Shown here piece after piece: positions 51,301 through 60,002 of a stretch of 64,000 bases of DNA. The stretch lies in NCBI GenBank assembly GCA_019058315.1, contig JAHPZH010000007.1, forward strand, positions 190,989 through 254,988, read 5' to 3'. Both the position numbers and the translations under genes were made by a program. The stretch comes from Candidatus Helarchaeota archaeon (GTDB taxonomy: Archaea > Asgardarchaeota > Lokiarchaeia > Helarchaeales > RDOG01). The stretch's first letter is position 1. Every line of letters begins with the position of its first letter. The notes under the pieces were generated by a model that did not search any database, was not told the DNA's origin, and saw nothing but the letters and a program-made list of their open reading frames with translations.

Positions 51301-52017
51301 ATGTTTATTCTTGAAACTGACTATTATTTGATATTATATATTCAATCAATAATTTTATTTATTTTAGTTGGATTTTTAATTTATTTAATTACTAAAAACA
51401 AATTAACCTATGTAGATGAATTTAGACAAAAATTCGTTTTAGGAATTTACTTATATTTGTGTGGTGTGGTTATTTTGATAATATTTCAAATCATTCTCAA
51501 AATTCCACAAGAATTTTATTTAATTTTATATGGGGTTATAGTTTTATCTGAAATTGGATTCATGGCATTAACACTCCTTGGAACATCAAAATTAATTGAT
51601 TATATCTCTTCAATAATTGATTTGGAAACAAAAAATAAAAGAAACTATGCACTTTTAATTTCTGCAATTATATCAACAATCTATACCATTTTATATGGAA
51701 TATTTAATGCAAGTAATGCATCAAAACTAACTCTAATACTTTTAGTCCCATGGACTGTTTTTTTCTACTTTTTATCTTGTATATATACGCTATTCTTACA
51801 TCAAGAGATGAAAAAAATCGATTTAAAATTTCTTCTATATATCGGACTTAGTTTTTTTTGTTTGTGCTTATCTGTATTTCCTGCAATATTTTTAGATCCA
51901 AGGTCTGATCTATTTCATTTAGTGCTTAATTTATTCTTGTTGATAGGGGCAAATGTATTTTTAATCATTGGTTATTTAGATTTTAAAAATAGAATAAGTC
52001 GGGGATTAGTAAAATGA
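51301..52017 (+). CDS. 7TM membrane protein, array copy 4
   Basis: Same conserved loops; seven hydrophobic segments. Confidence 0.85.
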   Translation: MFILETDYYLILYIQSIILFILVGFLIYLITKNKLTYVDEFRQKFVLGIYLYLCGVVILIIFQIILKIPQEFYLILYGVIVLSEIGFMALTLLGTSKLIDYISSIIDLETKNKRNYALLISAIISTIYTILYGIFNASNASKLTLILLVPWTVFFYFLSCIYTLFLHQEMKKIDLKFLLYIGLSFFCLCLSVFPAIFLDPRSDLFHLVLNLFLLIGANVFLIIGYLDFKNRISRGLVK

Positions 52018-52420
52018 ATAAAGATTTAATACAAGCGTATAAATTTTTACTGGATAATACTCTTTCTAGAAGTCAGGAAATACTTGGTAAAAAATTTATC
52101 ACAAAGTTAATTAAAAAAGCTGAAAATATTACCACAAAGGGGGGAAAATCATTATTAAAGGGACTAGAATATAGTAAAAAAGAGTTACAACTCGATTTAC
52201 TATATAAAACTACAATGAAAATGAAGCTAACTATACAAAGGAAATTATTGTTGACACTTCTAATATACTCCTAAAACTGTTCGATAAAGCTTTATCCATG
52301 CTTGTGGGGAAAGAAAATGCCATAAAAATAATTAATGATGTAGTACAAGACACTAAACTTAATTAAAAAAATATCTTTGAAAAAGAAAATATCGAAGAAT
52401 ATTTGCGTTATAAGGTTTAA
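52014..52420 (+). pseudogene. Partner protein copy 4 (frameshift plus nonsense)
   Basis: A5 to A4 deletion near 52206 and CAA to TAA near 52364; homology continues to EEYLRYKV* at 52420. Confidence 0.85.
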
Positions 52421-52571
52421 AAAATTAAATTGCGAATTAAGTGAATAACTCATACGAATTCGTTATTATTATTCATAAATTCATCTTAATTGTTTTCTTT
52501 AAAATTATTTTTAATTAAAATGTTATATTATTGTATAGACTAATTGATAATCAAATTTTTTGGAGAAATGA

Positions 52572-53147
52572 ATGAATAAATCCTTTTTCATTGTTATTGA
52601 TGGAATTGATGGATCTGGGACTACAACTCATTGTAAATTATTATTAGATTGGTTAAAACAAAAAAGAGATGTTTTTTTAACTGAAGAACCATCCACTAAT
52701 GAAATTGGTAATTTAATTAAAAAATTTTTGAAAACTGCTCTTCCAGCAGCAGTGGACGCATTATTATTTGCCGCAGATAGGGTTTTACATACCATTGAGA
52801 TTAAGAAAGCATTAGAAGAAGGGAAAATAGTTATTTCTGATAGATACATAGAATCAAGTACCTGTTATCAAGGAGTGGAATTAGATGAAGAATGGATAAT
52901 AACACTTAATAAATTTGCAATTTTTCCTGATCTTACAATCATATTAGACATTAATCCTGAAATTGGATTAAAGAGAAAGGATGATACTTCAGCAAAATTT
53001 GAAAATATTCCTTTCTTAACAAAAGTAAGGGAGCTTTTTTTAAAAAGAGCTAAAAAAATGAAGTATCCTGTAATAAATACTTCCAAACCGATTGAGGAAG
53101 TTCAAACAGAGATAAGAAATCACGTTAAATCATTAATAAAAATCTGA
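52572..53147 (+). CDS. tmk: Thymidylate kinase
   Basis: GIDGSGTTT P-loop, TEEP, LLFAADR..H, ISDRY..SS..YQG, PDLTIILD. Confidence 0.92.
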   Translation: MNKSFFIVIDGIDGSGTTTHCKLLLDWLKQKRDVFLTEEPSTNEIGNLIKKFLKTALPAAVDALLFAADRVLHTIEIKKALEEGKIVISDRYIESSTCYQGVELDEEWIITLNKFAIFPDLTIILDINPEIGLKRKDDTSAKFENIPFLTKVRELFLKRAKKMKYPVINTSKPIEEVQTEIRNHVKSLIKI

Positions 53148-53262
53148 TTAAAAGAATTATTACTATTAATATAATAATAAAAAAATTTTCATAGTATTAC
53201 CGAATCTGCCTATTAAAAAATGGATAGAAAGCGAGTTTTCATCGATTCTAAAAGAAGAAAAT

Positions 53263-54111
53263 TCAAGTACCGATTATTAAGCTTGCATATCCAACGACCG
53301 AATTATAATCTCCGGAAGTTTCTCCAGAATTTGCATATTTTAGAAGCTCTGCTTTAGTCGCTCCCAATATTTTCGAAGCGATTAAAGCTACCGAAGTCGA
53401 AGCGTAACCACACATAGAAATAGCATTTTTCTTAACAGTATTGAAAAGAAGTTCTCCATCAATTTTTTTTATCGCACCAATAGCTTTTTGATCTTGCTCT
53501 TTTGCATCATCGGCATGTTCGAAATGAGTAAAATCGGTAGAAGCGATGATAACAGCATTTTTCCCAGTAATAGCATCAGCTAGAGCTTCCCCAATTTTTA
53601 AAAAATCTTTAAAATTCGAAGAACTCATCATAATTGGAACAATTTTTATTTCTGGGCCATAAATATATTGTAAGAATGGCAATTGAAGCTCTAGAGAATG
53701 TTCCCCTTTGTGTATTTGAGAATTTTCAAAAATTACCTTACTTAAGCAAATCCTTTTTGCTACTTCAGAATCGATAATTGCTTGACCTAAAGGGGTTTCC
53801 CAAGCACCATCTGCTTGTACTGAAGCAGGTTCAGTTGTATATGAGCGATGATTGACTCCAATAATAATAAAAAGGTCAGGCTTACCATCCTCTGCTAAAA
53901 CTGCAAAGCCATTGGCTGCAACTGCTCCAGAATAAACATAACCAGCATGTGGTGATACAACAGCAATAATCTTACGAGGACCATTTCCATTTACAATAGG
54001 TTTCTTTTTAGGACCCAATTTATGAGTTTCAAAATATGCTTGTAAATCATTATTTAACCCATCGCGAGTTCCGGAATACCAACCACCTGCATAAGCTGCT
54101 TTTCTAATCAT
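53263..54111 (-). CDS. amrB: MEMO1 family / AmmeMemoRadiSam protein B
   Basis: IRKAAYAGGWY, PHAGYVYSG, EHSLELQLPFLQ, ASTDFTH, SMCG, SVVGYAS; start set to ATG 54111. Confidence 0.9.
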   Translation of the reverse strand: MIRKAAYAGGWYSGTRDGLNNDLQAYFETHKLGPKKKPIVNGNGPRKIIAVVSPHAGYVYSGAVAANGFAVLAEDGKPDLFIIIGVNHRSYTTEPASVQADGAWETPLGQAIIDSEVAKRICLSKVIFENSQIHKGEHSLELQLPFLQYIYGPEIKIVPIMMSSSNFKDFLKIGEALADAITGKNAVIIASTDFTHFEHADDAKEQDQKAIGAIKKIDGELLFNTVKKNAISMCGYASTSVALIASKILGATKAELLKYANSGETSGDYNSVVGYASLIIGT

Positions 54112-54251
54112 TTTTAACCAATCCATTATTCCCAATTTAATTATCAAATAAATAGAATTTCTATTAATTGTAAAGTAATAATATTGATATTAATAGAAGT
54201 TGATAATTATTTAAAACTTATTTAAAATGTGTAAATGAATAAGGTGGTTTT

Positions 54252-54428
54252 ATGGATAAATTCATATCAGAACACCTATTACATAAAAAAATTGATGTTT
54301 TTATAGAAGAAAACCAAGTATTAACAGGAGTAGTAGTAGCTTCGGCGGATAAAGTGCTAACGATCCAAGTTGATGGGAAATATATATACATTAACATCAA
54401 TCAAGTAAAATACATTATGGAGAGATAA
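54252..54428 (+). CDS. Small Sm/LSm-fold-like protein (MM0924-like; not in ORF track)
   Basis: MDKFISEHLLHKKIDVFIEENQVLTGVVVASADKVLTIQVDGKYIYININQVKYIMER, preceded by AAGGTGG. Confidence 0.75.
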   Translation: MDKFISEHLLHKKIDVFIEENQVLTGVVVASADKVLTIQVDGKYIYININQVKYIMER

Positions 54429-54502
54429 ACTAATATCCAAAATTCTTTCTATTTTTTATTAATATCAAAAATATTTCTTATAATTAATATATGGTTATTT
54501 AA

Positions 54503-55915
54503 ATGGTAAAAGAAAAATTAATTGCAATTTTAGGAGAAAATAATGTTTCAGATTTAGAAACTGATAAAATTGCTTACTCAAGAGACTGTTTTCCCCTAAA
54601 AATTATGCAATATAAGGAAGGAAATATGGAACCTCTTCCTGATTATATTTTGTGGCCTGAAAGTGCACAACAAATTTCAGAAATTTTAAAAATTGCTAAT
54701 GAAAATAAAATCCCAGTTATCCCTTATGGTGGAGGTGGAGGAGTTAATGGTGGTGTAATTCCTATTACAGGGGGAATCTTACTTGATGTACAAAAAATGG
54801 ATAAGATTATTGAAATAAATGAAGAATCTTTATTTATTACTGCACAAGCTGGAATTTTGGGGCAACATTTAGAAGACGTTTTGAATCAAAGAGGATATAC
54901 TTATGGACATCTTCCCAGTTCTTTACAGTGCAGTACATTGGGAGGATTTGCAGCTAATCGTTCAGCAGGGGCTCTTTCTTCAAAATATGGTAAAATTGAA
55001 GATATGGTAATAGACCTAGAAGTTGTATTACCAAATGGGGATATTATTCATACTAATCCTATTAAAACTCCTCGTTCCGCTACAGGACCAGATTTAACGC
55101 AATTCTTTATCGGATCGGAAGGATGTTTAGGAGTTATTACAGAAATAACCTTAAAAATCCATCCAGTTCCAGATATTCGAAAATTCATTGGTTTTTTGTT
55201 TGACGATCTTCATTCTGGTTTAGAAGTGGTTAAAAAAATATTCCGAACAAGTATAAGACCATCAATAGTTCGCCTCTATGACGATGTTGAAGCTAGAATG
55301 GTCTATCATATTTCGGATATTCAAAAAGGTCAAAGTTATTTAACACTTGCATTTGATGGTTATGAAAATACAAAGGTATTGATGGAAAAAGAATATCAAA
55401 TTTGTTATGATATATGTAAAAAAGGGGGAGGAAAAGATATGGGGGAAGAAGGGGGAAAAATTTGGTTTCAAAATCGATTAAATATGTATTATCCAAATCG
55501 ACAATATCATGATGCACATGTGCTTGCAGATACTATCGATGTTGCAACAACTTTTGATAATATTGAAAATCTATATTATAAGATGAAAGAGGCAATAAAA
55601 CGAAGAAAAATCAATGTTATGGCACATTGGTCTCATTTTTATCCAAATGGAGGTTCAATGTATATGATTTTTGTTATGATAGAGAAAAATAAAGAACATA
55701 GAGCCGAAAGATTATATGAAGAAGCTTGGCGCGATGGTTTGGATGCATGTGTAGCAAATGGAGGCACTTTAAGTCATCATCACGGTGTTGGGATATTTAA
55801 AGGAGACTGGATGCCTAAACAATTAGGACTTGCATTTGAATTATTAAAGAAATTGAAAAAAACTATAGATCCAAATAATATAATGAATCCTGGTAAATTA
55901 GGCTTTCCTAAATGA
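54503..55915 (+). CDS. FAD-binding oxidoreductase, alkyl-DHAP-synthase-like subfamily
   Basis: PYGGGGGV.GG, GHLPSS...STLGG, SSKYGKIEDMV, PRSATGPD, HWSHFY..G, SHHHGVG. Confidence 0.85.
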   Translation: MVKEKLIAILGENNVSDLETDKIAYSRDCFPLKIMQYKEGNMEPLPDYILWPESAQQISEILKIANENKIPVIPYGGGGGVNGGVIPITGGILLDVQKMDKIIEINEESLFITAQAGILGQHLEDVLNQRGYTYGHLPSSLQCSTLGGFAANRSAGALSSKYGKIEDMVIDLEVVLPNGDIIHTNPIKTPRSATGPDLTQFFIGSEGCLGVITEITLKIHPVPDIRKFIGFLFDDLHSGLEVVKKIFRTSIRPSIVRLYDDVEARMVYHISDIQKGQSYLTLAFDGYENTKVLMEKEYQICYDICKKGGGKDMGEEGGKIWFQNRLNMYYPNRQYHDAHVLADTIDVATTFDNIENLYYKMKEAIKRRKINVMAHWSHFYPNGGSMYMIFVMIEKNKEHRAERLYEEAWRDGLDACVANGGTLSHHHGVGIFKGDWMPKQLGLAFELLKKLKKTIDPNNIMNPGKLGFPK

Positions 55916-55924
55916 GGTGCGAAC

Positions 55925-57067
55925 TTGATAGAGACTAAAAAATTTGATAAAAATATGATAACTTTACTTGAAATGTGTTCAACTTGCATGAAAATGTGTA
56001 AAGATCAGTGTCCAACTGCTTGGGCAACTAAATCTGAAAGAATCACACCTTATACTAGAAGTCTAATGATAATTTTGAATGAAAAAGGTATAAAAGAGTA
56101 TGATCAAGCCGCAATTGAAGCAGAATATAAATGCACAGCTTGTTGGGCGTGTGAAGAAGCTTGTCTACCTAAAGTAGGGCTTCCTAATATGATTGAAATT
56201 GCCCGTTCTGATATTATAGCTAAAAATCCCGATTTAAAACCAATGAATGAAATAGCTAATAGAGTCGAAACACTTCATAACCCTCTCAATGAACCGGCTG
56301 AGGAGCGATTTAACCGATTAAAAAATATAATCCCAGAGAAAAAGAAAGCGGAATATGTATATTTTATTGGATGTATGGCATGTTATCGTCATCCTGAAAT
56401 AGCAACATCTATCATTAAATTATTAAAACAAACTGAAGTCGACTTTACAGCTATGATAGGCGATGAATGGTGTTGTGGGTCACCAATTATCCGAAATGGC
56501 TTTACAAATTTAGCTCAAAAACTTGCACAACATAATATAGAACAATTTGAAAAATTTAAGTGTAAAAAAATTATAACTGGATGTTCTGCATGTTATAGCA
56601 CAATCAAAAAGGATTATGCAGAGTTGGGATTGACTTTAAATCAAGAAATTCAACATTTTACTGAATTTTTTGATGAATTAAGGATTAAAAATAAAATTAG
56701 CCCCAATAAAAATTTAGATAAGATAATCTCCTACCATGATCCTTGTCATCTTGGACGAAGGATGGGTGTTTATGATCCACCTCGAAACCTTTTGAAAGCT
56801 ATAGGCGGTAAAAAATTTATTGAATTACAGTTCAATCGTGAAAAAGCAAGATGTTGCGGAGCTGGTGGTGGTGTAAAATATAATTATTCAGATATTGCTA
56901 AATCAATAGGGATTAGAAGACTAGAAGAAGCTCAACTTTTAAATGTTGATATGTTGGTGTCTGCTTGTCCTTTATGTAAAAATCACTTTATGGCAATACA
57001 AAATGATAAAAGCAAAACAGAAATAAAGGACATCACAGAATTAATTGCTTATGTATATTTAGACTGA
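55925..57067 (+). CDS. GlcF/GlpC-like Fe-S oxidoreductase (CCG domains)
   Basis: CSTCMKMCKDQCP, CTACWACEEAC, WCCG, HDPCHLGR, CCGAGGG. Confidence 0.88.
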   Translation: MIETKKFDKNMITLLEMCSTCMKMCKDQCPTAWATKSERITPYTRSLMIILNEKGIKEYDQAAIEAEYKCTACWACEEACLPKVGLPNMIEIARSDIIAKNPDLKPMNEIANRVETLHNPLNEPAEERFNRLKNIIPEKKKAEYVYFIGCMACYRHPEIATSIIKLLKQTEVDFTAMIGDEWCCGSPIIRNGFTNLAQKLAQHNIEQFEKFKCKKIITGCSACYSTIKKDYAELGLTLNQEIQHFTEFFDELRIKNKISPNKNLDKIISYHDPCHLGRRMGVYDPPRNLLKAIGGKKFIELQFNREKARCCGAGGGVKYNYSDIAKSIGIRRLEEAQLLNVDMLVSACPLCKNHFMAIQNDKSKTEIKDITELIAYVYLD

Positions 57068-57129
57068 TTTAAAAATTAGGAATTATTAATTAAATTTAGT
57101 AATTTTTTCATATTCGAGGTTGAACATTA

Positions 57130-59190
57130 ATGGAAAAAACTGCACAAAAAATCCTAAAACTGCTTCAAAAAGGAAAAGTTGACGAAGCGGTTGAATCAAT
57201 CTCGAATACACTTGCTGATAGATTTAATCAACTACAACCAAATGATGTTATTGCAGCTTATCATTTATTTCATCAATGTTATGTTCTTCGAGATTTTAAA
57301 GAAGCACATAAGTCATTAAATACAGCAGCACAATATCTTGCCGAAGAAGGCAAAAAGAAAGTTCAATATAATCTAGAGGGAGCCATTGAAAATATATCAG
57401 GAGCTGTAATTAGATATTCCTTTGGAGAGGATTTGGAAAAAGCCGAATTAAATATGAAAGAATTAGATTCTATTCCAAAAGTAGATAGATTTGAAATTTA
57501 TCACCTTGCTAAAGAAATTTTTGAAACATTAAAATCTAAAAAAATGGAAAATTTATTTAAAATTAATAAAAAATATAAAAAATTCTTTGCAGAGAAAGAA
57601 AATAATTGGGCATTACTGGAAATAGATTATTATACAACTCCTTTGATTAAAGTTGATTATGTTTTTCCTGAGAGAATTCTTGCTGGAGCAGATTTTGATT
57701 TAGAAATAATTGTTAAAAATATATCTCCAAATATCGCTAGAAAATTGGAATCTAGAATAATTCCACCCAAAAATTTTCGATTTCGTAATCCGAGTCAGCG
57801 AACTATAAGAATGAAGAAACTTGAACCAGATAGACAATTTAGACATCATGTAAAGTTTTACATAGACGAAAAGGAATACGGAGAAAAAGCCATTGCCTAT
57901 GATTCGTTAATATATGAAGATATAAGGGGAAACAGATATAGTTACGAAATGCCCGCAACAAAAATTCAAATTGGAACTCAATCAGGAGTTTTAGCAGGAA
58001 CTCTAATACAAAAAGCTCCTAGGGTCAAACCTGCGCTCAAATTAGGAGTTGCTGATATTACTGAGGAAGAAAAAAAATCAGTTGATAAATTAATAGCAAA
58101 AAGAAAGATTTTAAAGGATTTATTAAGGAAAAATGAAGAAAATTTAAACAAAAAAATCATAACAAATGAACAATATATGGCAATTTATATCCAATATAGA
58201 GAAAAATTGGAAGATATTGATCGTTATTTAAAAGATTTGGGATATCAAGAGAGAGAGGGCTATACAGAAATAACTTGTATTTATGATGGTTCTAAATTTT
58301 ATGTCGAAGATGGTCAATGCCCTAGGTGTGGGGATCTCTATACTGTATTTTTTGATGAAATAGCATCAATCTTTTATTTTATGATTATACATCAATCAGG
58401 CGTTTGTATATTTGATAAAGGATTCGGAAAAGAGCTAAATGCTGATCTTACATCAGGGTTAATTACTGCGGTTCAAAGTTTCTTAGGTGAATTAACAGGT
58501 CGAGATAAAACTAGATTTACAGAATTTAGTCAAAGTGGATTTAATATCCTCACTTGTAACAGTAAATATATAACTTCAGCTATTGTTATGTCGAAGAGAG
58601 CTTCCGATCGATTAAAAGACAGACTTATTCAATTTCTGGAATTGTTTGAAAATAAGTATGGAGAAAAATTAACAATATTTTCTGGTAATTTGGATGATTT
58701 CGTCGGAAGTTTTGAAATTTTAGCCCAATTTATTCCTATCGATTTACTTCGTCCCCATAAATTTAATTATAATTTACTCGAAGATATTAAGCTTAGTTCG
58801 ATATCCAGAAAAATTATTAATAATGTCCCTGAAATAAAAGAAAAAAAAATTGAAACAGTATTCTTAGATGATCTAGTAACTATAATCCGAAAAGATCTTC
58901 GCCGTATAGATTATGAAAAATTAATTGCAGGAATTTTAGAGTTAAAAGAAAAAGGTATTTTATCATTAGAGGATGTTTCAGTTGAAGAACCAATTCCAGA
59001 GCCAATTATGGAACCAGTTTCAGAACCAATCATAAATTCAGTTAATTCTGCAATTGAACCATTTATTGAACCTGAAGGGGAACAATCACAAGAACAACTA
59101 AGATTTTGTGTCGAATGTGGTGCTAAATTACCATTAGAAAAGGAAAAAATACAATTTTGTATCAATTGTGGTGCTAAACAACCAGATTAA
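57130..59190 (+). CDS. Multidomain longin protein (helical repeat, Ig-like, coiled coil, Zn ribbon, longin, double Zn ribbon)
   Basis: FMIIHQSGVCIF...DLTSGLITAVQSF..E longin pattern; CIYD...CPRCG; FCVECG...FCINCG. Confidence 0.75.
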   Translation: MEKTAQKILKLLQKGKVDEAVESISNTLADRFNQLQPNDVIAAYHLFHQCYVLRDFKEAHKSLNTAAQYLAEEGKKKVQYNLEGAIENISGAVIRYSFGEDLEKAELNMKELDSIPKVDRFEIYHLAKEIFETLKSKKMENLFKINKKYKKFFAEKENNWALLEIDYYTTPLIKVDYVFPERILAGADFDLEIIVKNISPNIARKLESRIIPPKNFRFRNPSQRTIRMKKLEPDRQFRHHVKFYIDEKEYGEKAIAYDSLIYEDIRGNRYSYEMPATKIQIGTQSGVLAGTLIQKAPRVKPALKLGVADITEEEKKSVDKLIAKRKILKDLLRKNEENLNKKIITNEQYMAIYIQYREKLEDIDRYLKDLGYQEREGYTEITCIYDGSKFYVEDGQCPRCGDLYTVFFDEIASIFYFMIIHQSGVCIFDKGFGKELNADLTSGLITAVQSFLGELTGRDKTRFTEFSQSGFNILTCNSKYITSAIVMSKRASDRLKDRLIQFLELFENKYGEKLTIFSGNLDDFVGSFEILAQFIPIDLLRPHKFNYNLLEDIKLSSISRKIINNVPEIKEKKIETVFLDDLVTIIRKDLRRIDYEKLIAGILELKEKGILSLEDVSVEEPIPEPIMEPVSEPIINSVNSAIEPFIEPEGEQSQEQLRFCVECGAKLPLEKEKIQFCINCGAKQPD

Positions 59191-59705
59191 AACATTCCAC
59201 CCTTTGGTTTTATTTTCATAAAGGGCATTTTCAATATTTCTTTTGCAACATCTTCTTGATTAATTTTTCTAACATTTTCTGCTCCATCCATTGCTATTCT
59301 CTTTGCTATTCTTTGTCCTAAGTCTTTTAATTCTGGATTATTCCAAAGTAATACATAATGAATTATACCAGCTTTGTAGATTTCTTTGATCGAAGATCCT
59401 GCATCATTCCCAAATTTGTCAGTGAGAAATTTAAATGCAGAATTAGCTATCGTTCTTATTTGATTCGCACTTTTTTTCGGAGTTTTAGGAACTTCTTTTT
59501 CAAAAGCACCAATTGCTTGAATAAATAGTTTTCCAATTGCTTCAAGAATCCCTGTTTCATCCGGATATTTTTCTAAAAGCGCCTCAGCTCCCGTAATAGT
59601 TGTATCCAATATTTTTTCAGCCTTACTACCTTTAACTTTTCGTAATAAGCGTAAATAACGTGTTTGAAATGGGCTTATTGCTTTCATTCGTGGTTCTTCA
59701 CTCAA
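59187..59705 (-). CDS. Hypothetical alpha-helical protein
   Basis: 172-aa ORF, TTG start preceded by GGGAG. Confidence 0.65.
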   Translation of the reverse strand: MSEEPRMKAISPFQTRYLRLLRKVKGSKAEKILDTTITGAEALLEKYPDETGILEAIGKLFIQAIGAFEKEVPKTPKKSANQIRTIANSAFKFLTDKFGNDAGSSIKEIYKAGIIHYVLLWNNPELKDLGQRIAKRIAMDGAENVRKINQEDVAKEILKMPFMKIKPKGGMF

Positions 59706-60002
59706 TTAAATGACTCCCAATTTTTTTGTTAAACTAATGTTTTTTTTAAGTTTTTTATATGTTCTTATTGACAAAGGGATTTTCAAAGCAAAAAGAGAGG
59801 TAGAGTGAATTTTATTTAATAAGTTTAAGTTTTTTACTTAAAAAGAATAATTTTACTTAAACTGTCTTAAATATTATAAATGACAAAAAAAATTTATATT
59901 AATCTTCACTTAAATCTAAAATCAGTTAGAATGTATTATTATTCTTGAAATATATTACATAATTTTACAAGATAATTTTTTAATATTGGTGGTTTTTACT
60001 AA

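Noticed and set aside
47606-52017. 7TM proteins as rhodopsins or true GPCRs
   Set aside because: No mid-TM7 Lys for retinal and no DRY or NPxxY motifs; only the topology is shared
47282-52420. Array as a DGR, integron or provirus
   Set aside because: No reverse transcriptase, integrase or transposase, and no template/variable repeat pair; tandem duplication explains the pattern
52572-53147. tmk as inactive because its P-loop reads GSGTTT rather than GSGK(T/S)T
   Set aside because: The ORF is full-length with all other motifs intact, and fragment 2 has the same codons, so the variant predates the duplication
54218-54400. Minus-strand 60-aa ORF
   Set aside because: The opposite-strand ORF 54252-54428 has an SD and a recognisable fold pattern
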